A stretch of 64,000 nt of DNA from Legionellales bacterium (GCA_002709565.1 PAPY01000040.1:2319-66318), one strand, 5' to 3'. Shown: positions 29,260 to 40,508, counted from the first letter of the stretch. Translations and numbers: made by a program. The notes: a model not told the origin generated them from the sequence alone.

Positions 29260-31509
29260 ATGGCTGAAACCAGCGCAAGTATTGAAGGTATCGAACAACT
29301 ACCGTTAAAAGTATTCACCGAGAAAGCCTATCTCGATTACTCCATGTATGTGATCATGGACCGAGCGCTTCCCAATATTGGTGATGGCTTAAAGCCCGTG
29401 CAACGACGTATCGTTTATGCGATGTCAGAGTTGGGCCTCAAGGCTACCGCCAAATACAAAAAATCCGCTCGTACGATTGGTGACGTGTTGGGTAAATTCC
29501 ACCCCCATGGTGATTCAGCCTGTTACGAAGCTATGGTGCTGATGGCGCAGTCATTTTCTTACCGCTATCCCTTAGTGGATGGGCAAGGTAACTGGGGTTC
29601 CCCCGATGATCCGAAGTCATTTGCGGCAATGCGTTATACCGAAGCGCGTTTGTCACCTTATGCTGAGGTATTATTGAGTGAACTTGGTCAAGGTACGGTT
29701 GATTGGGTGCCTAACTTCGATGGCACACTTGATGAGCCTGCCACACTCCCTGCCCGTTTGCCCAATATTTTATTGAATGGCACCACGGGTATCGCAGTAG
29801 GGATGGCGACGGATATTCCACCCCATAACCTCAAAGAAGTCGCATCGGCCTGTATACATTTACTGGAAGATCCGAAAGCCACATTGAGTGATTTGTGCAA
29901 ACACGTTAAAGCACCAGATTTCGCCACAGAAGCCGAAATCATCACCCCGCAAAAAGACATCCAAGCCATTTATAAGACCGGTCACGGTTCTGTACGCATG
30001 CGCGCAGTGTATAACAAAGAAAATGGCGATATCGTGATTACTGCACTGCCTCATCAAGTCTCTGGTGCCAAGGTGCTTGAGCAAATCGCCAGTCAAATGC
30101 AAAACAAAAAATTACCCATGGTGGCCGATCTCCGCGATGAATCAGATCATGAAAACCCCACCCGCTTAGTCATCGAGCCCCGTTCTAACCGTGTTGATAT
30201 TGAATCATTAATGAATCATTTGTTTGCGACCACCGATCTTGAGCGCAGTTACCGGGTCAATTTAAATATGATCGGCATTGATGGCCGACCTCAGGTTAAA
30301 GCCCTTGATACTATCCTCAAAGAGTGGCTTGAGTATCGCCAAGCCACGGTGCGCAAGCGTTTGCAATACCGTCTCGATAAAGTTCTTGCCCGCTTGCACA
30401 TTCTTGATGGTTTGTTGATTGCATTCTTGAATATCGATGAAGTGATTAGGATCATTCGTGAAGAAGATAATCCAAAGCAAGAACTCATGCAGCGTTTTAA
30501 ACTGAGTGACAAACAAACCGAAGCGATTTTAGATTTAAAATTACGCCACTTGGCACGACTCGAAGAAGTCAAAATCCGCGGTGAGCAAGAAGACTTGGCC
30601 GCTGAGCGTGACACCCTTGAGAAGACCTTAGGTTCCAAAGCCCGTCTCAAAACACTTATCCGCAAAGAAATCACCGCGGATGCAGAGAAATACGGCGACG
30701 ATAGACGTTCGCCGTTAGTGGAGCGCGGCGAAGCCCAAGCCATGAAAGAAACCGATCTAATGCCAACGGAACCGGTCACGGTTGTACTATCCAAAAAAGG
30801 CTGGGTGCGTGCGGCTAAAGGTCATGAGGTGGATGCAGAGAACCTTAATTACAAGAGCGGTGATAGTTATCTGTCATCAGCCAAAGGCCGCAGTAATCAG
30901 CACGCGATATTCCTGGATACCACCGGACGCACTTATGCGGTAATGGCTCATAGCTTGCCGTCTGCCCGTGGTCAGGGTGAACCATTAACCGGTAAATTAA
31001 ACCCACCTGCAGGCGCATCGTTCACTGATGCCATTATGGCGCCGGAAGATCAATTATTGTTGTTTGCGTCAACCGCAGGCTATGGTTTTATCGTCAAGAC
31101 CGAAGAATTGATCAGCAAGAACCGCGCCGGTAAAGCCATGCTTAAAGTGCCCAAAGGTTGCACGGTGGTTTCGCCGCAACCAGTCGCTGATTTGGACAAT
31201 GATTACATTGCGGCGGTGACTAACGAAGGCCGTTTGTTGATTTTTGATGTGAAAGATTTACCGCAATTGTCTAAGGGTAAGGGCAACAAGATCATTGGCA
31301 TCCCTTCGGCTCGCGCAGCTAGCGGCGAAGAGTACTTAGTCAATGTTGCTGTGTTTAATGACAAGCAAGCGTTAAAAGTCTATGCCGGCAAACGCCATAT
31401 TACCTTGAAATTTAAAGATCTCGAACATTACATCGGCGAACGCGGCCGACGGGGCAACAAGTTACCCCGCGGTTACCAAAAAGTCGATAGGATGGAGATT
31501 GCAGAGTAA
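29260..31509 (+). CDS. parC: DNA topoisomerase IV subunit A
   Basis: [27 protein letters not shown]. Confidence 0.97.
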   Translation: MAETSASIEGIEQLPLKVFTEKAYLDYSMYVIMDRALPNIGDGLKPVQRRIVYAMSELGLKATAKYKKSARTIGDVLGKFHPHGDSACYEAMVLMAQSFSYRYPLVDGQGNWGSPDDPKSFAAMRYTEARLSPYAEVLLSELGQGTVDWVPNFDGTLDEPATLPARLPNILLNGTTGIAVGMATDIPPHNLKEVASACIHLLEDPKATLSDLCKHVKAPDFATEAEIITPQKDIQAIYKTGHGSVRMRAVYNKENGDIVITALPHQVSGAKVLEQIASQMQNKKLPMVADLRDESDHENPTRLVIEPRSNRVDIESLMNHLFATTDLERSYRVNLNMIGIDGRPQVKALDTILKEWLEYRQATVRKRLQYRLDKVLARLHILDGLLIAFLNIDEVIRIIREEDNPKQELMQRFKLSDKQTEAILDLKLRHLARLEEVKIRGEQEDLAAERDTLEKTLGSKARLKTLIRKEITADAEKYGDDRRSPLVERGEAQAMKETDLMPTEPVTVVLSKKGWVRAAKGHEVDAENLNYKSGDSYLSSAKGRSNQHAIFLDTTGRTYAVMAHSLPSARGQGEPLTGKLNPPAGASFTDAIMAPEDQLLLFASTAGYGFIVKTEELISKNRAGKAMLKVPKGCTVVSPQPVADLDNDYIAAVTNEGRLLIFDVKDLPQLSKGKGNKIIGIPSARAASGEEYLVNVAVFNDKQALKVYAGKRHITLKFKDLEHYIGERGRRGNKLPRGYQKVDRMEIAE

Positions 31510-31533
31510 AAACCTTAACCACAAGGACACGCT

Positions 31534-32739
31534 ATGGGAAAATTAATTGGCGGGATGTTACTGATTGTCGGGACATCCATTGGTGCAGGGATCTTAGCCT
31601 TGCCAGTATCGACGTCAGAGGCGGGTTTTATCGGTTCTAGTTTGTTCTTGCTGGGTTGTTGGATGCTCATGACCTTTTGCGCATTCCTCATCCTTGAAGT
31701 GAATCTCTGGCTACCCCAGGGTAGCAATATGATATCTATGGCCAAAAAGACTTTAGGCCCCTACGGTGCAGCCGCCGCATGGTTTGTGTATCTATTGTTG
31801 CTATACTCCCTACTCTGCGCCTATGTGGATGGCGGTACCGATGTGTTTACCAGTCTTTTGCATATGGCAGGATTACCTATCCCAGAATGGGGTAGCGCGC
31901 TGATTTTTACTATTATCCTAGGCTACATCGTCTATCTCGGCACCCGTTCTATCGATTATGCGAATCGCGCCTTGATGTTCATCAAATTGGGTAGCTTTTT
32001 TGTATTATTATTTTTGGTGTCCAATCATATAAAGTGGGAACAGCTACTGCATAGTGAACCCCACAAATTATTAGCCTCAGTGATGTTGATGATAACCTCG
32101 TTTGGCTATGCGACTATTTTGCCAAGTCTCAGGACCTATTTTAACAGTGATGTCGTAGCATTGCGCAAAGTGGTGATCCTCGGTAGTTTAGTACCGCTGA
32201 TTTGTTATATCTTGTGGGAGCTAGTGATTTTGGGCTCTTTGCCTTTAGAGGGTGACCACGGTTTGATTTATATTTTGAAGACCGGGCACACCACCAGTGA
32301 ATTAATGGCTGCGCTGGATTTCTTTATCCACTCGGATTTAATTACTGATATTTCGCGGATTTTTATTTCCATCAGTGTATTGACCTCGTTCCTCGGGGTA
32401 GCATTGTCACTGTCGGATTTTCTCTCTGATGGCTTGAAATGGCCTAAGCAAGGTTTTGGCAATATTAAAGTGTATAGTTTAACCTTTATCCCACCGTTTA
32501 TTTTTGTGATCTTTTATCCCACGGCATTTATCCTCGCATTAAAATACGCCGGCGTGTTTTGTATTTTACTGTTAGGCTTATTGCCTGTGGTTATGGCTTG
32601 GCGTGGCCGCTATCATCATCAATTGGATGCAAGCTTTCGTGTACCAGGCGGTAAAGTAACATTGCTCATTGCAGGTTTCATTACAGTTGTGTTAGCTATC
32701 TTTGGCCTATTGCAAGAATTGCAGTTGGTAAGTTTCTAA
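31534..32739 (+). CDS. Aromatic amino-acid permease (TyrP/Mtr, HAAAP family)
   Basis: GTSIGAGILALP, ITSFGY...PSL, TSFLGV, multiple TMs. Confidence 0.92.
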   Translation: MGKLIGGMLLIVGTSIGAGILALPVSTSEAGFIGSSLFLLGCWMLMTFCAFLILEVNLWLPQGSNMISMAKKTLGPYGAAAAWFVYLLLLYSLLCAYVDGGTDVFTSLLHMAGLPIPEWGSALIFTIILGYIVYLGTRSIDYANRALMFIKLGSFFVLLFLVSNHIKWEQLLHSEPHKLLASVMLMITSFGYATILPSLRTYFNSDVVALRKVVILGSLVPLICYILWELVILGSLPLEGDHGLIYILKTGHTTSELMAALDFFIHSDLITDISRIFISISVLTSFLGVALSLSDFLSDGLKWPKQGFGNIKVYSLTFIPPFIFVIFYPTAFILALKYAGVFCILLLGLLPVVMAWRGRYHHQLDASFRVPGGKVTLLIAGFITVVLAIFGLLQELQLVSF

Positions 32740-33080
32740 TGTGGTTTTATGGCGTTAAAATATTAATCACTGCCTTGTTGGTAGTGGCGGTGTCAGAAGT
32801 CGCCCGTCGTAGCACCATTGCTGGTGCAGTATTAGCGTCAATTCCACTAGTGTCGTTTCTTGCGATTGTTTGGCTCTACATCCAAACCAAAAACACCCAA
32901 CTGATCAGCCAACTGAGCCAAGATATTGTCTGGCTAGTGCTGCCATCACTGGTATTTTTTATCATGCTGCCCTGGCTATTGCGGCATAAATGGCATTTTT
33001 CAGTAGCTATCAGCTTGGCGACGGTGGCAACGATTATTTGCTACCTTCTGGTGTTATTAGTGCTGCGCTGGGTGCGATAA
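32739..33080 (+). CDS. DUF3147-like small membrane protein
   Basis: KILITALLVVAVSEVARRS...LASIPLVS...WLVLPSLVFF. Confidence 0.75.
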   Translation: MWFYGVKILITALLVVAVSEVARRSTIAGAVLASIPLVSFLAIVWLYIQTKNTQLISQLSQDIVWLVLPSLVFFIMLPWLLRHKWHFSVAISLATVATIICYLLVLLVLRWVR

Positions 33081-33246
33081 TCCTATTAAGCGAGCTAACT
33101 GATTGATATATAACAAAAAACCATCATTTTTGATCATGCCCTGATCGATTAATCGTTTGTTGCATAATTCAAGTGACATCTAACCGTATATATGGTAGTA
33201 TTCCGCCCCTAATGCTAATGAATAGACATGACACAGGATTATTACA

Positions 33247-35124
33247 ATGAGTTATCCACCTGCCAGACCAAACCAGCGCGTGAATTCCACTGCTGAGACG
33301 GCAACAGGCACAACAGGCGACGTCAGGCCAAATTTTGAAGCCGAGTTGCGCTGGCGAGCAGATCTCAAAAATGCGCGTCGCGTAGAATACAGCGCACTAC
33401 CTGGCCTTGAATATTGGCGCAATAATGCTGACAGTTATGCAGGATATGATGATCACCGTAGTGTTTATGATCATGAATTAGCTGATGGCATTGACCGTGG
33501 GGCAATCAACGACATATTCCAAGAGATTGAACAGTTATCAACTTTTGTCGATCAACTTAGAGAGTACCGCAGGTATTTGCCTAGAGACCAAGAAGAGTTT
33601 GCAATGGAATTCGAAGAATATTCTAAACGCTATCAAGACTTAAACTGTCAGCTTACAGAGTACAATGCGGCCATCGAGGCTGGCGGTGCGGTTACGCAAG
33701 GCCAAATGGTGGAATTATTACAGTTATTTATTGATTTAGTGGGTAATACAATCGAGTTGTACATCAAAATGTCTAAATTAACTAATCAATATAATAATAT
33801 TAAGCAGCAGCTTGATAGGCTTAAAGCAGAGATTGACAAATCAGTACCTAAAGTTAGTGGTTCTCCCATGTTACGCAATCAATTATTAGCTGAATTAGGT
33901 TGGGAGGTAGAGCTTCATAATATCTCCACTAAAGGACGTGATAAGCGACTACGAACCCGAATTGTTAATAATGGACAACAGCAATGTGAAGAAGTTATTC
34001 CTTCAACAGAGGCGCAAATTCATCAACGTGTCCATAAGTTAAAACAAGTTTACGAGATGATTAATGCGTATTTAACCAAATCTGAATCTATGGAACTTGA
34101 TGCGTCAAATAAAGAATTGGGGCTCGAAAGCCTTGAGTCAGCTGCCGATGTCAAAGAACTCCGTGACCATTTGCGAATTTTGCTCAATGTGCATGACCAT
34201 ACTCATCGGGATTACATCCACAATATGTATGAAATTATTTCAGAGAAATTCACAAAAAACTGCAGTGAAATCGGTAGCGATTATAAACATGAAGGTGCAC
34301 CTATTCCCCATAATATGGTGTTTGGCAAGAACTTCATAGAAGAGATGGACAACCTCATGATGTATCAATTGCAACCGTTCATCATACGGATAGCTTTGCC
34401 TGGAATTATTAATGTTCTCATAGATTTTGAGAACGCACTAAAAGATCCTAAAGACCAGCCAATTCCTTTCCAGCCTTATAGAAGTCATTCTGCCACTACG
34501 GAAGAATGGAATGCAATGTTCATAACAGCCAATGACATGTCTAAAAACTTACAAGTATTTATAACGTTCTCGGAAAATTTTTCAGTAGAGAGTGAAATAG
34601 TGGAGATGGTTGGTGAGCTGAATAGCTATTGTATGTTGTATTTTGCGATGTTGACTATGTTTGAGGTTGGCACCCATGAACCAGCTGACCAAAATAAGCT
34701 TTATAATAACGCAAGCAATTTACAAAAGCTTATCCGCGATAAATTTATGCAGTGTCAAGAGCTGAAATCCTATTTACAAGAACAAGGCGATATTGATCAA
34801 AACGGTGCACCAGCGGAAGAAGTCACGGCTACGGTAGAATCCATGACTAGCGAACAAGAAGTGTATACTGCAACCCAGCGTGTAGATGCTACTCCACCGA
34901 AAGGGGCAGCCCAGCAAGTGGCGATGATGAGTAGTGTATTTGCTAGCCAAGAGAATGCACATCGCAACGGTAGTGATTCAAATGATAAATCATACCCAAC
35001 AACGCCATCAAAGCCAAAACAACCCCTTGGTGAGGAAAGAGAGAGACTAGCAGACATCATGCGTGAGAAGCGGAGAACGGAAAAGCATGGAAATGGTGAG
35101 CAACGACGCTGTTTATTTCGCTAG
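33247..35124 (+). CDS. Orphan alpha-helical/coiled-coil protein, candidate Dot/Icm effector
   Basis: 625-aa ORF with CAGGA RBS, no signal peptide, helical heptads and a disordered C-terminus. Confidence 0.7.
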   Translation: MSYPPARPNQRVNSTAETATGTTGDVRPNFEAELRWRADLKNARRVEYSALPGLEYWRNNADSYAGYDDHRSVYDHELADGIDRGAINDIFQEIEQLSTFVDQLREYRRYLPRDQEEFAMEFEEYSKRYQDLNCQLTEYNAAIEAGGAVTQGQMVELLQLFIDLVGNTIELYIKMSKLTNQYNNIKQQLDRLKAEIDKSVPKVSGSPMLRNQLLAELGWEVELHNISTKGRDKRLRTRIVNNGQQQCEEVIPSTEAQIHQRVHKLKQVYEMINAYLTKSESMELDASNKELGLESLESAADVKELRDHLRILLNVHDHTHRDYIHNMYEIISEKFTKNCSEIGSDYKHEGAPIPHNMVFGKNFIEEMDNLMMYQLQPFIIRIALPGIINVLIDFENALKDPKDQPIPFQPYRSHSATTEEWNAMFITANDMSKNLQVFITFSENFSVESEIVEMVGELNSYCMLYFAMLTMFEVGTHEPADQNKLYNNASNLQKLIRDKFMQCQELKSYLQEQGDIDQNGAPAEEVTATVESMTSEQEVYTATQRVDATPPKGAAQQVAMMSSVFASQENAHRNGSDSNDKSYPTTPSKPKQPLGEERERLADIMREKRRTEKHGNGEQRRCLFR

Positions 35125-35174
35125 CTGAAGAATACTTTATAATTTTTAATAACAATAAAATACAGGACAACACT

Positions 35175-36701
35175 ATGCCAAATCCAAAAATAGCCACAGA
35201 GCCAACAATTAAGACGACCGATAACTCGATCACTAATATGACGGGCGCGCCTGCCGCAATCAGTTCGGCTCAGATAACCACGAGTGAGATAGTTGATGCC
35301 TTAGAAGATGCGCGTGCAGATATTGAGAGCTTAGCTGATGTTAACAAGCACTCAGAAAGCGTTCGTGCAGCAGCGCGACAGGAATTTATACGACTACAGT
35401 CAGAATATGTAGCAATCTGGGAAATGATTAATACCCTAAAAACAAAGGAAATAAAACCCAATGACATTGCAAGCATAATTTCGCAACTATACGACTTAAC
35501 AATTGATGGATTGCAGTTCATTCATATGATCCAAGCGCTGTGGCAAATAACAGAAGACAAAATACAGAGCATGAGACTAAGCCGGTCCAGTCTTAGTCAA
35601 TGCCTTGGTAAATTACCGCTTGACCTCAGTGTGTTACCAGGCGAACAGCTATTTCACCGACGTTATGGGTTATTGACCGATCTAGTATCGGACCTGCCTT
35701 TATTACTATCGGACATAGCAGCACCAGATGAATTAACCACAGAAGAGTCACTGATTGAAGTGCTGCGGTTGTTAGTGCCTGCATATGAATGCCTTTTGCA
35801 ATACCGAGAGAGTCATGATGTTGCATTACTGGATAATTTACGTGAAGTTTATGGTATTGAGTTTGCGCGTGATCAAGTTGATAAGGTAATAACACATTTT
35901 GAGGAATTATTACAATGTCATGGTGAATTGACGCTGCGGAATTTAAGCAAAGACTTTGCGTGGCTTGAGGATGAGTTAGGGCCTTTGCAGTGCAGCTTAC
36001 AACAAGCTCATAAGGCGACTCAGGGAAATATTATCAGTGTAGTGCTGACACGCTTAACCGATGCGGTGAGGTTGTTTGAGATAACCTACAATGATGGTGA
36101 GAAGAAGTTGTCTCAGGTGTTGCAGAGAACGGACTTCTTCAATCTTGAACAAGAGAATCTCAGTGAACTACTCCAGGAGTTACGAACTAAGTGTGATAAA
36201 TTTGTCGCTATAGAAGCTGCACTCCCTGATGAAGCTGTATATCAAAATCTTCATAACTATGTCAGCGCCTTTGATAGATATTTAGTGCTTTTTAAGCACT
36301 TATTGGCAGTGGATACCGGTGCATTGGATGAAGAAATCAAAGTGATTTTACAATCACAATTGTGTGTCATCATCCAAGTTTGTCATTTCAAACACGAACA
36401 GTGTGTGCAAGAGCGGCTACGTTTGTATAAAGGGGATCGTATTGATTTCGCGGGTAAGGCATTAGCACTGCCTGCAGCAATGTTCTCAACCACTTCTGAC
36501 ATTGCCCCCGAGAGTGCAGCTGCTATAGCGCAGTTCGGTGTGCTCAAAGTTGGCAATCGTTGTGAGGCTGCACCTTCAGCACAGCCAGGCGCGCATTCTG
36601 ATGAAGAGAACCAGGGAGAAGCCAGCCAGTTGCCCAGGGATGATGCTGCTGAAGCCTACAAACAAGCTCGGGTCGGGTTCGGGTCAGATGGCGGTGTTTA
36701 A
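35175..36701 (+). CDS. Orphan alpha-helical protein, candidate Dot/Icm effector
   Basis: 508-aa Leu/Glu-rich ORF with CAGGA RBS and an acidic disordered C-terminus. Confidence 0.7.
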   Translation: MPNPKIATEPTIKTTDNSITNMTGAPAAISSAQITTSEIVDALEDARADIESLADVNKHSESVRAAARQEFIRLQSEYVAIWEMINTLKTKEIKPNDIASIISQLYDLTIDGLQFIHMIQALWQITEDKIQSMRLSRSSLSQCLGKLPLDLSVLPGEQLFHRRYGLLTDLVSDLPLLLSDIAAPDELTTEESLIEVLRLLVPAYECLLQYRESHDVALLDNLREVYGIEFARDQVDKVITHFEELLQCHGELTLRNLSKDFAWLEDELGPLQCSLQQAHKATQGNIISVVLTRLTDAVRLFEITYNDGEKKLSQVLQRTDFFNLEQENLSELLQELRTKCDKFVAIEAALPDEAVYQNLHNYVSAFDRYLVLFKHLLAVDTGALDEEIKVILQSQLCVIIQVCHFKHEQCVQERLRLYKGDRIDFAGKALALPAAMFSTTSDIAPESAAAIAQFGVLKVGNRCEAAPSAQPGAHSDEENQGEASQLPRDDAAEAYKQARVGFGSDGGV

Positions 36702-37247
36702 GTGGGTTCTGTGACTGTTAGTATGGGTCTGAAAGCAACCATTTCAGTCTCAATACTGCTCGTTAGGGTGTGTGCGCTAGTTCTGAAAGCTTTATATGGT
36801 CGCATTAATGCCAGTTGTGGAAGGTGATCTAGGCTATTTTGCCGATATTTTTGTTTAGCTTCTAGCGCAAAATCCGCCTTAAAATCAACCAATTGCTCCT
36901 ATCCTGATCAGCCTAAGCCCTTGTTATCACTACAGATCGGAAAATGACACAATTTTTTTTGTCGAAAATCAAAGTTTTTTTTCGGGATTTTCTGCGCAAA
37001 AAATAGCTAATAACCTGCACCAGCAAAAGTCGCTAACTTACTAATTTATAAGAGATTTACCCTAAACTTAATGTATTTTCTCTGGTCATAAAAGCAGCAA
37101 AAAAGACCAAAACATTCATTCGTTCAAATTTTTAATATGTGCTAACGCTTTGTTTTTACTGAAATTTGTTTTACAGGCCCAAAAAGGGCTGTTATAGTCC
37201 AGCGAAATATCACTACGGTATTAGTTTCAAGAATAAGGAATATTACT

Positions 37248-39779
37248 ATGTATGCATTGACTGATGATCTCTTAGCTCTACTTGTTAATCCACAAGAAAA
37301 CTTGATTCCACAGAACAAGCAGCCGAACGCAACGTTGCCAGACGGGCTCCAAGTGCTGCAGCAGTTCCTGATTGATTGTGAACAGGCCAAGCTAAAGTTG
37401 TCCAAGAAGAAAGTCGTCATTAATGGCAAACAGGAGTTGGTACCACAAAACTTCAAAGATGAGGTGTTAGTGACGTTCCAAGAGGCACTGGAGCTATTAA
37501 TCTTTGACTATGCTTACATAGAGGCAACGAATAAAGGTGCGCAAGTTTCTCGACGTTCTTCACTAAAGCCCCAGGCAGCAGGTGATTCTCAGGGAATGGT
37601 AGGCGCAAGAAATGCTGCCAGAATGCTGCTAGATAAAGTCGCCGGGCACGAGGGACTAATTAAATCAGCAGGAGACTCTTCTTTAAGTAGCTTGGTCAGA
37701 AGTAAAAAAACACCACTACTTCAAAAAGCAGACGAGAACACGCTTATTATTAATCGTTCATTAGTCGCGTTATTCATGAGTGTATATTGCATTATTGAAC
37801 AGGCGCTTCATCAATCATTATCAACATTTTCAAGTCAGGAGCCTCTTACACAAGCGATAGCGAAATACAAAGATGCTAAATCACTAGAGGCTAAAACTGC
37901 GGCAAAGGCTGAAATTATCCAACTATTACTAGCTAGAGTTTGTCATGATAAATACCCACGTAAAAAAACAGCTTATGAAGAGGAGTATTATGCCTATGTT
38001 AGACGGGGAAATGAATGGTTGGCAAGGGAGAATGTTTTAACCGAATTTGAGGCGCGCCTAAGCAGGATTGAAACATTATGGGAACAACAGGACATTGTGG
38101 ATGACCATGATCCATTATTACATTCTAAAACAGCGATATTAACTGTTATTGGTCAGATTAAACAAGATATTGATAAGTATAAAAAAAATGCTAAAGAGAG
38201 CGGAGTATTACAATTCAGTGTATTAGAATTTGTTCATAATTCTCGGGATACGCTGAAAACATTTATGAAAACTATGCCATCTGCTAGCCACATAAGTAAT
38301 GAATTATACGGAGGTAGCGTACGACTATTAAAAGATATACCAGGACTTGTTAAAATTGAAAGAGAATCAAGAAGCGCAATTAAACTTCAATATAATAGGC
38401 CACGCTCTGGTACGGGTCTAGAAAAACTTACAAATTCAACATTGCGACACTCAATTCAGCTATCACAAGGATTGGATGATACTGTCAGAATTGCAGAGTC
38501 TGCAGATATTACTCCCTATGACAAACACTTTAAAGAGCTATATACTGTTTTAAAAATGGTTGAGGTTTTCTATAAGCGATTTGTGAGTCTTCACGACACG
38601 CTTTCTGATGATAAGCGAAGAACTCTTAGCAAAATTTTTAAAAATGCCGAGCTCGAGGATGATAAAAAGTTTTATGTGAATAATATTGCTAGGTTTAATA
38701 AGCTAGTCAAAATGCTTAATACATATGATGGAATATTTAAGAAGTGTAACTTATCTCAAGAGCGATTAAGCAGTCTATCAAAGCAAGGAATGGAGCATAG
38801 TAAGCTTGCTAGAGAACTAATTAAGCTTTTGCTATTGATGTCTTTACAGGAACTAGGTGTAGAGTATTATGGAAGATCAGACGTAGTAAAATTGCTTGAA
38901 GAATTAAAGATATCATTGGCGGAAAAAGACCTCCGCCAACTGATTGCTGAGGCTAAGCAACAGTGTGCTCAACTTGATAGTCAAATGTATCTGCCGACAA
39001 GTATATCGAAAGCCAGTATGACAGATAGCCTTGATGAAGGCGATGATGTGGTGGACAAAATTTACGATACTCCAGCGCCGCAACCACAACGGACAGGAGC
39101 GATGCAAGAATCAAGAGAAGGTGGTGCTGAATTTCTAGTTGGTTCCGGTGGAGGTGCGACTGAAATTCAAGCTGAGAAAGCTATGGCAATTGGGGGGGAG
39201 CAACCAAGACATACCAGACAGCTATCTCATCGGGGGGATAATCCGGTCCTTGTGATTCAAGGATCTACTCCACCCCCTCTGCCGTCTCGAGGTAATCCAA
39301 AATCGGATCCTCGTCGTGAATCTGATGCTGGTACACCACCAACAAGTCATACTCTAACTACCCGCTTAGAACAAGCTAATATTGATGGATCTTCAGCTAG
39401 TGCGGAAACAGGAGCAGGCGGTGGTAGTCGTGACTCTGTTGCACAACCACTCTCAGGCTCTGGCAGTGCATCACAACTTCCGTCACCACCAAGTAGCGAT
39501 GATGACGTCGGTGCGTGGAAACGCGTTACACAAAACTCTTGGACTTGGAAAACTGCTGCCGGGCTTGAATTTTTTGTTGGCGGCGGTGTCATTGGCACAA
39601 AAGTGGGTGTTGGTTTGGGGTTATTTACTTTAGGTTTCTCGTTATCCAATCCAGTAACCGCAACAATTATGTTTGTTGCATTTGCCTTGGTTGTCGGCGC
39701 CGCAATCACAACTTTATTAGCAGGAAGCTTGACGATTAAAGATGGAATACAGAAGTGTATGAGTCCAAGCAATAGTTGA
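37248..39779 (+). CDS. Orphan protein with helical N-terminus, Pro/Ser-rich linker and C-terminal TM hairpin (candidate effector)
   Basis: 843-aa ORF with TAAGGA RBS, IYDTP and PPLPSR motifs, and a bilobed hydrophobic segment. Confidence 0.72.
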   Translation: MYALTDDLLALLVNPQENLIPQNKQPNATLPDGLQVLQQFLIDCEQAKLKLSKKKVVINGKQELVPQNFKDEVLVTFQEALELLIFDYAYIEATNKGAQVSRRSSLKPQAAGDSQGMVGARNAARMLLDKVAGHEGLIKSAGDSSLSSLVRSKKTPLLQKADENTLIINRSLVALFMSVYCIIEQALHQSLSTFSSQEPLTQAIAKYKDAKSLEAKTAAKAEIIQLLLARVCHDKYPRKKTAYEEEYYAYVRRGNEWLARENVLTEFEARLSRIETLWEQQDIVDDHDPLLHSKTAILTVIGQIKQDIDKYKKNAKESGVLQFSVLEFVHNSRDTLKTFMKTMPSASHISNELYGGSVRLLKDIPGLVKIERESRSAIKLQYNRPRSGTGLEKLTNSTLRHSIQLSQGLDDTVRIAESADITPYDKHFKELYTVLKMVEVFYKRFVSLHDTLSDDKRRTLSKIFKNAELEDDKKFYVNNIARFNKLVKMLNTYDGIFKKCNLSQERLSSLSKQGMEHSKLARELIKLLLLMSLQELGVEYYGRSDVVKLLEELKISLAEKDLRQLIAEAKQQCAQLDSQMYLPTSISKASMTDSLDEGDDVVDKIYDTPAPQPQRTGAMQESREGGAEFLVGSGGGATEIQAEKAMAIGGEQPRHTRQLSHRGDNPVLVIQGSTPPPLPSRGNPKSDPRRESDAGTPPTSHTLTTRLEQANIDGSSASAETGAGGGSRDSVAQPLSGSGSASQLPSPPSSDDDVGAWKRVTQNSWTWKTAAGLEFFVGGGVIGTKVGVGLGLFTLGFSLSNPVTATIMFVAFALVVGAAITTLLAGSLTIKDGIQKCMSPSNS

Positions 39780-39814
39780 TGGAAGCAAAATCATTTCAAC
39801 ATGGGAAAATCTCA

Positions 39815-39873
39815 GTCATCCCGGGCATATATACTTTTGCGACTGCAAAAGTATATAATGCGCCCCGGGATCT
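39815..39873. repeat. REP-like hairpin (GTCATCCCGGG...CCCGGGATCT) between convergent genes
   Basis: Outer stem ATCCCGGG/CCCGGGAT and inner stem TATACTTTTGC-GACT-GCAAAAGTATA. Confidence 0.7.
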
Positions 39874-39920
39874 TTATCCTGTCTCCTCAATCTTAGCTAA
39901 GGCTTTGTTTATTACAACCG

Positions 39921-40214
39921 TTAAACCAACAAACTAGAAATATCTCGGTAGCCACTCAAAACGCGGACAACTTTGATAGGGAAATCATAACTGTAAACAA
40001 TGAGGTAGTGTGCTTTGAATGGCCAGAACCTCACAGGTTTATTTGTTAGATCAGGTCTTTCATGACCCATCATGGGGTTTTCGGCAAGCATAGCTAATGA
40101 TTTGAATAATGAATCGAGTAGTTTTAGAGCTGCATTTTTGTTTTCAACAGCGATATAAGAAACAATGTCATCAATGTCTTGTTCTGCAATCTCGGTAAGG
40201 TAATAATTTGTCAC
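39921..40214 (-). CDS. ParE/RelE family toxin
   Basis: LTEIAEQDIDDI...LAENPMMGHERPDL...VVRVLSGYRD. Confidence 0.9.
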   Translation of the reverse strand: MTNYYLTEIAEQDIDDIVSYIAVENKNAALKLLDSLFKSLAMLAENPMMGHERPDLTNKPVRFWPFKAHYLIVYSYDFPIKVVRVLSGYRDISSLLV

Positions 40215-40477
40215 TCTTCATCCTGGTTTATGTTCTCAATTTTATTTTTTAGTCGTTGATAAGACTTTTCTGCATCAACAATATTTCCTGATGTTAACTC
40301 ATGAAAACCAAGATTGATAGACTGATTAAGCTGTTGGATACGCTGTTGTTGTAAAGTATCATGGGTATGCATTAATCGTAATGACTCACGAATCACTTCG
40401 CTAGCTGAAGTATAGAGTCCACTGGATACTTTTTCTTGGACATACTTCTCGAGTTCAGAGGTAAGAGATATATTCAT
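40211..40477 (-). CDS. ParD family RHH antitoxin
   Basis: MNISLTSELEKYVQEKVSSGLYTSASEVIRESLR. Overlaps the toxin start by 4 bp. Confidence 0.92.
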   Translation of the reverse strand: MNISLTSELEKYVQEKVSSGLYTSASEVIRESLRLMHTHDTLQQQRIQQLNQSINLGFHELTSGNIVDAEKSYQRLKNKIENINQDEE

Positions 40478-40508
40478 GGTTTTGCACCTTTTTCAATAAC
40501 AATTAACT

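Noticed and set aside
27369-31509. Functional link between topoisomerase parE/parC and the ParE-family toxin 8 kb away
   Set aside because: Shared name only. Nothing in the sequence supports a connection.
33230-35175. CAGGA motifs before candidate effectors as CsrA sites
   Set aside because: Single motifs at the Shine-Dalgarno position cannot be distinguished from ordinary ribosome-binding sites.
36702-37247. Long AT-rich intergenic region as an ncRNA or tRNA locus
   Set aside because: No cloverleaf or convincing conserved structure is visible. Short ORFs here are unsupported, and TTTAC repeats near 37155 have non-canonical CpxR spacing.
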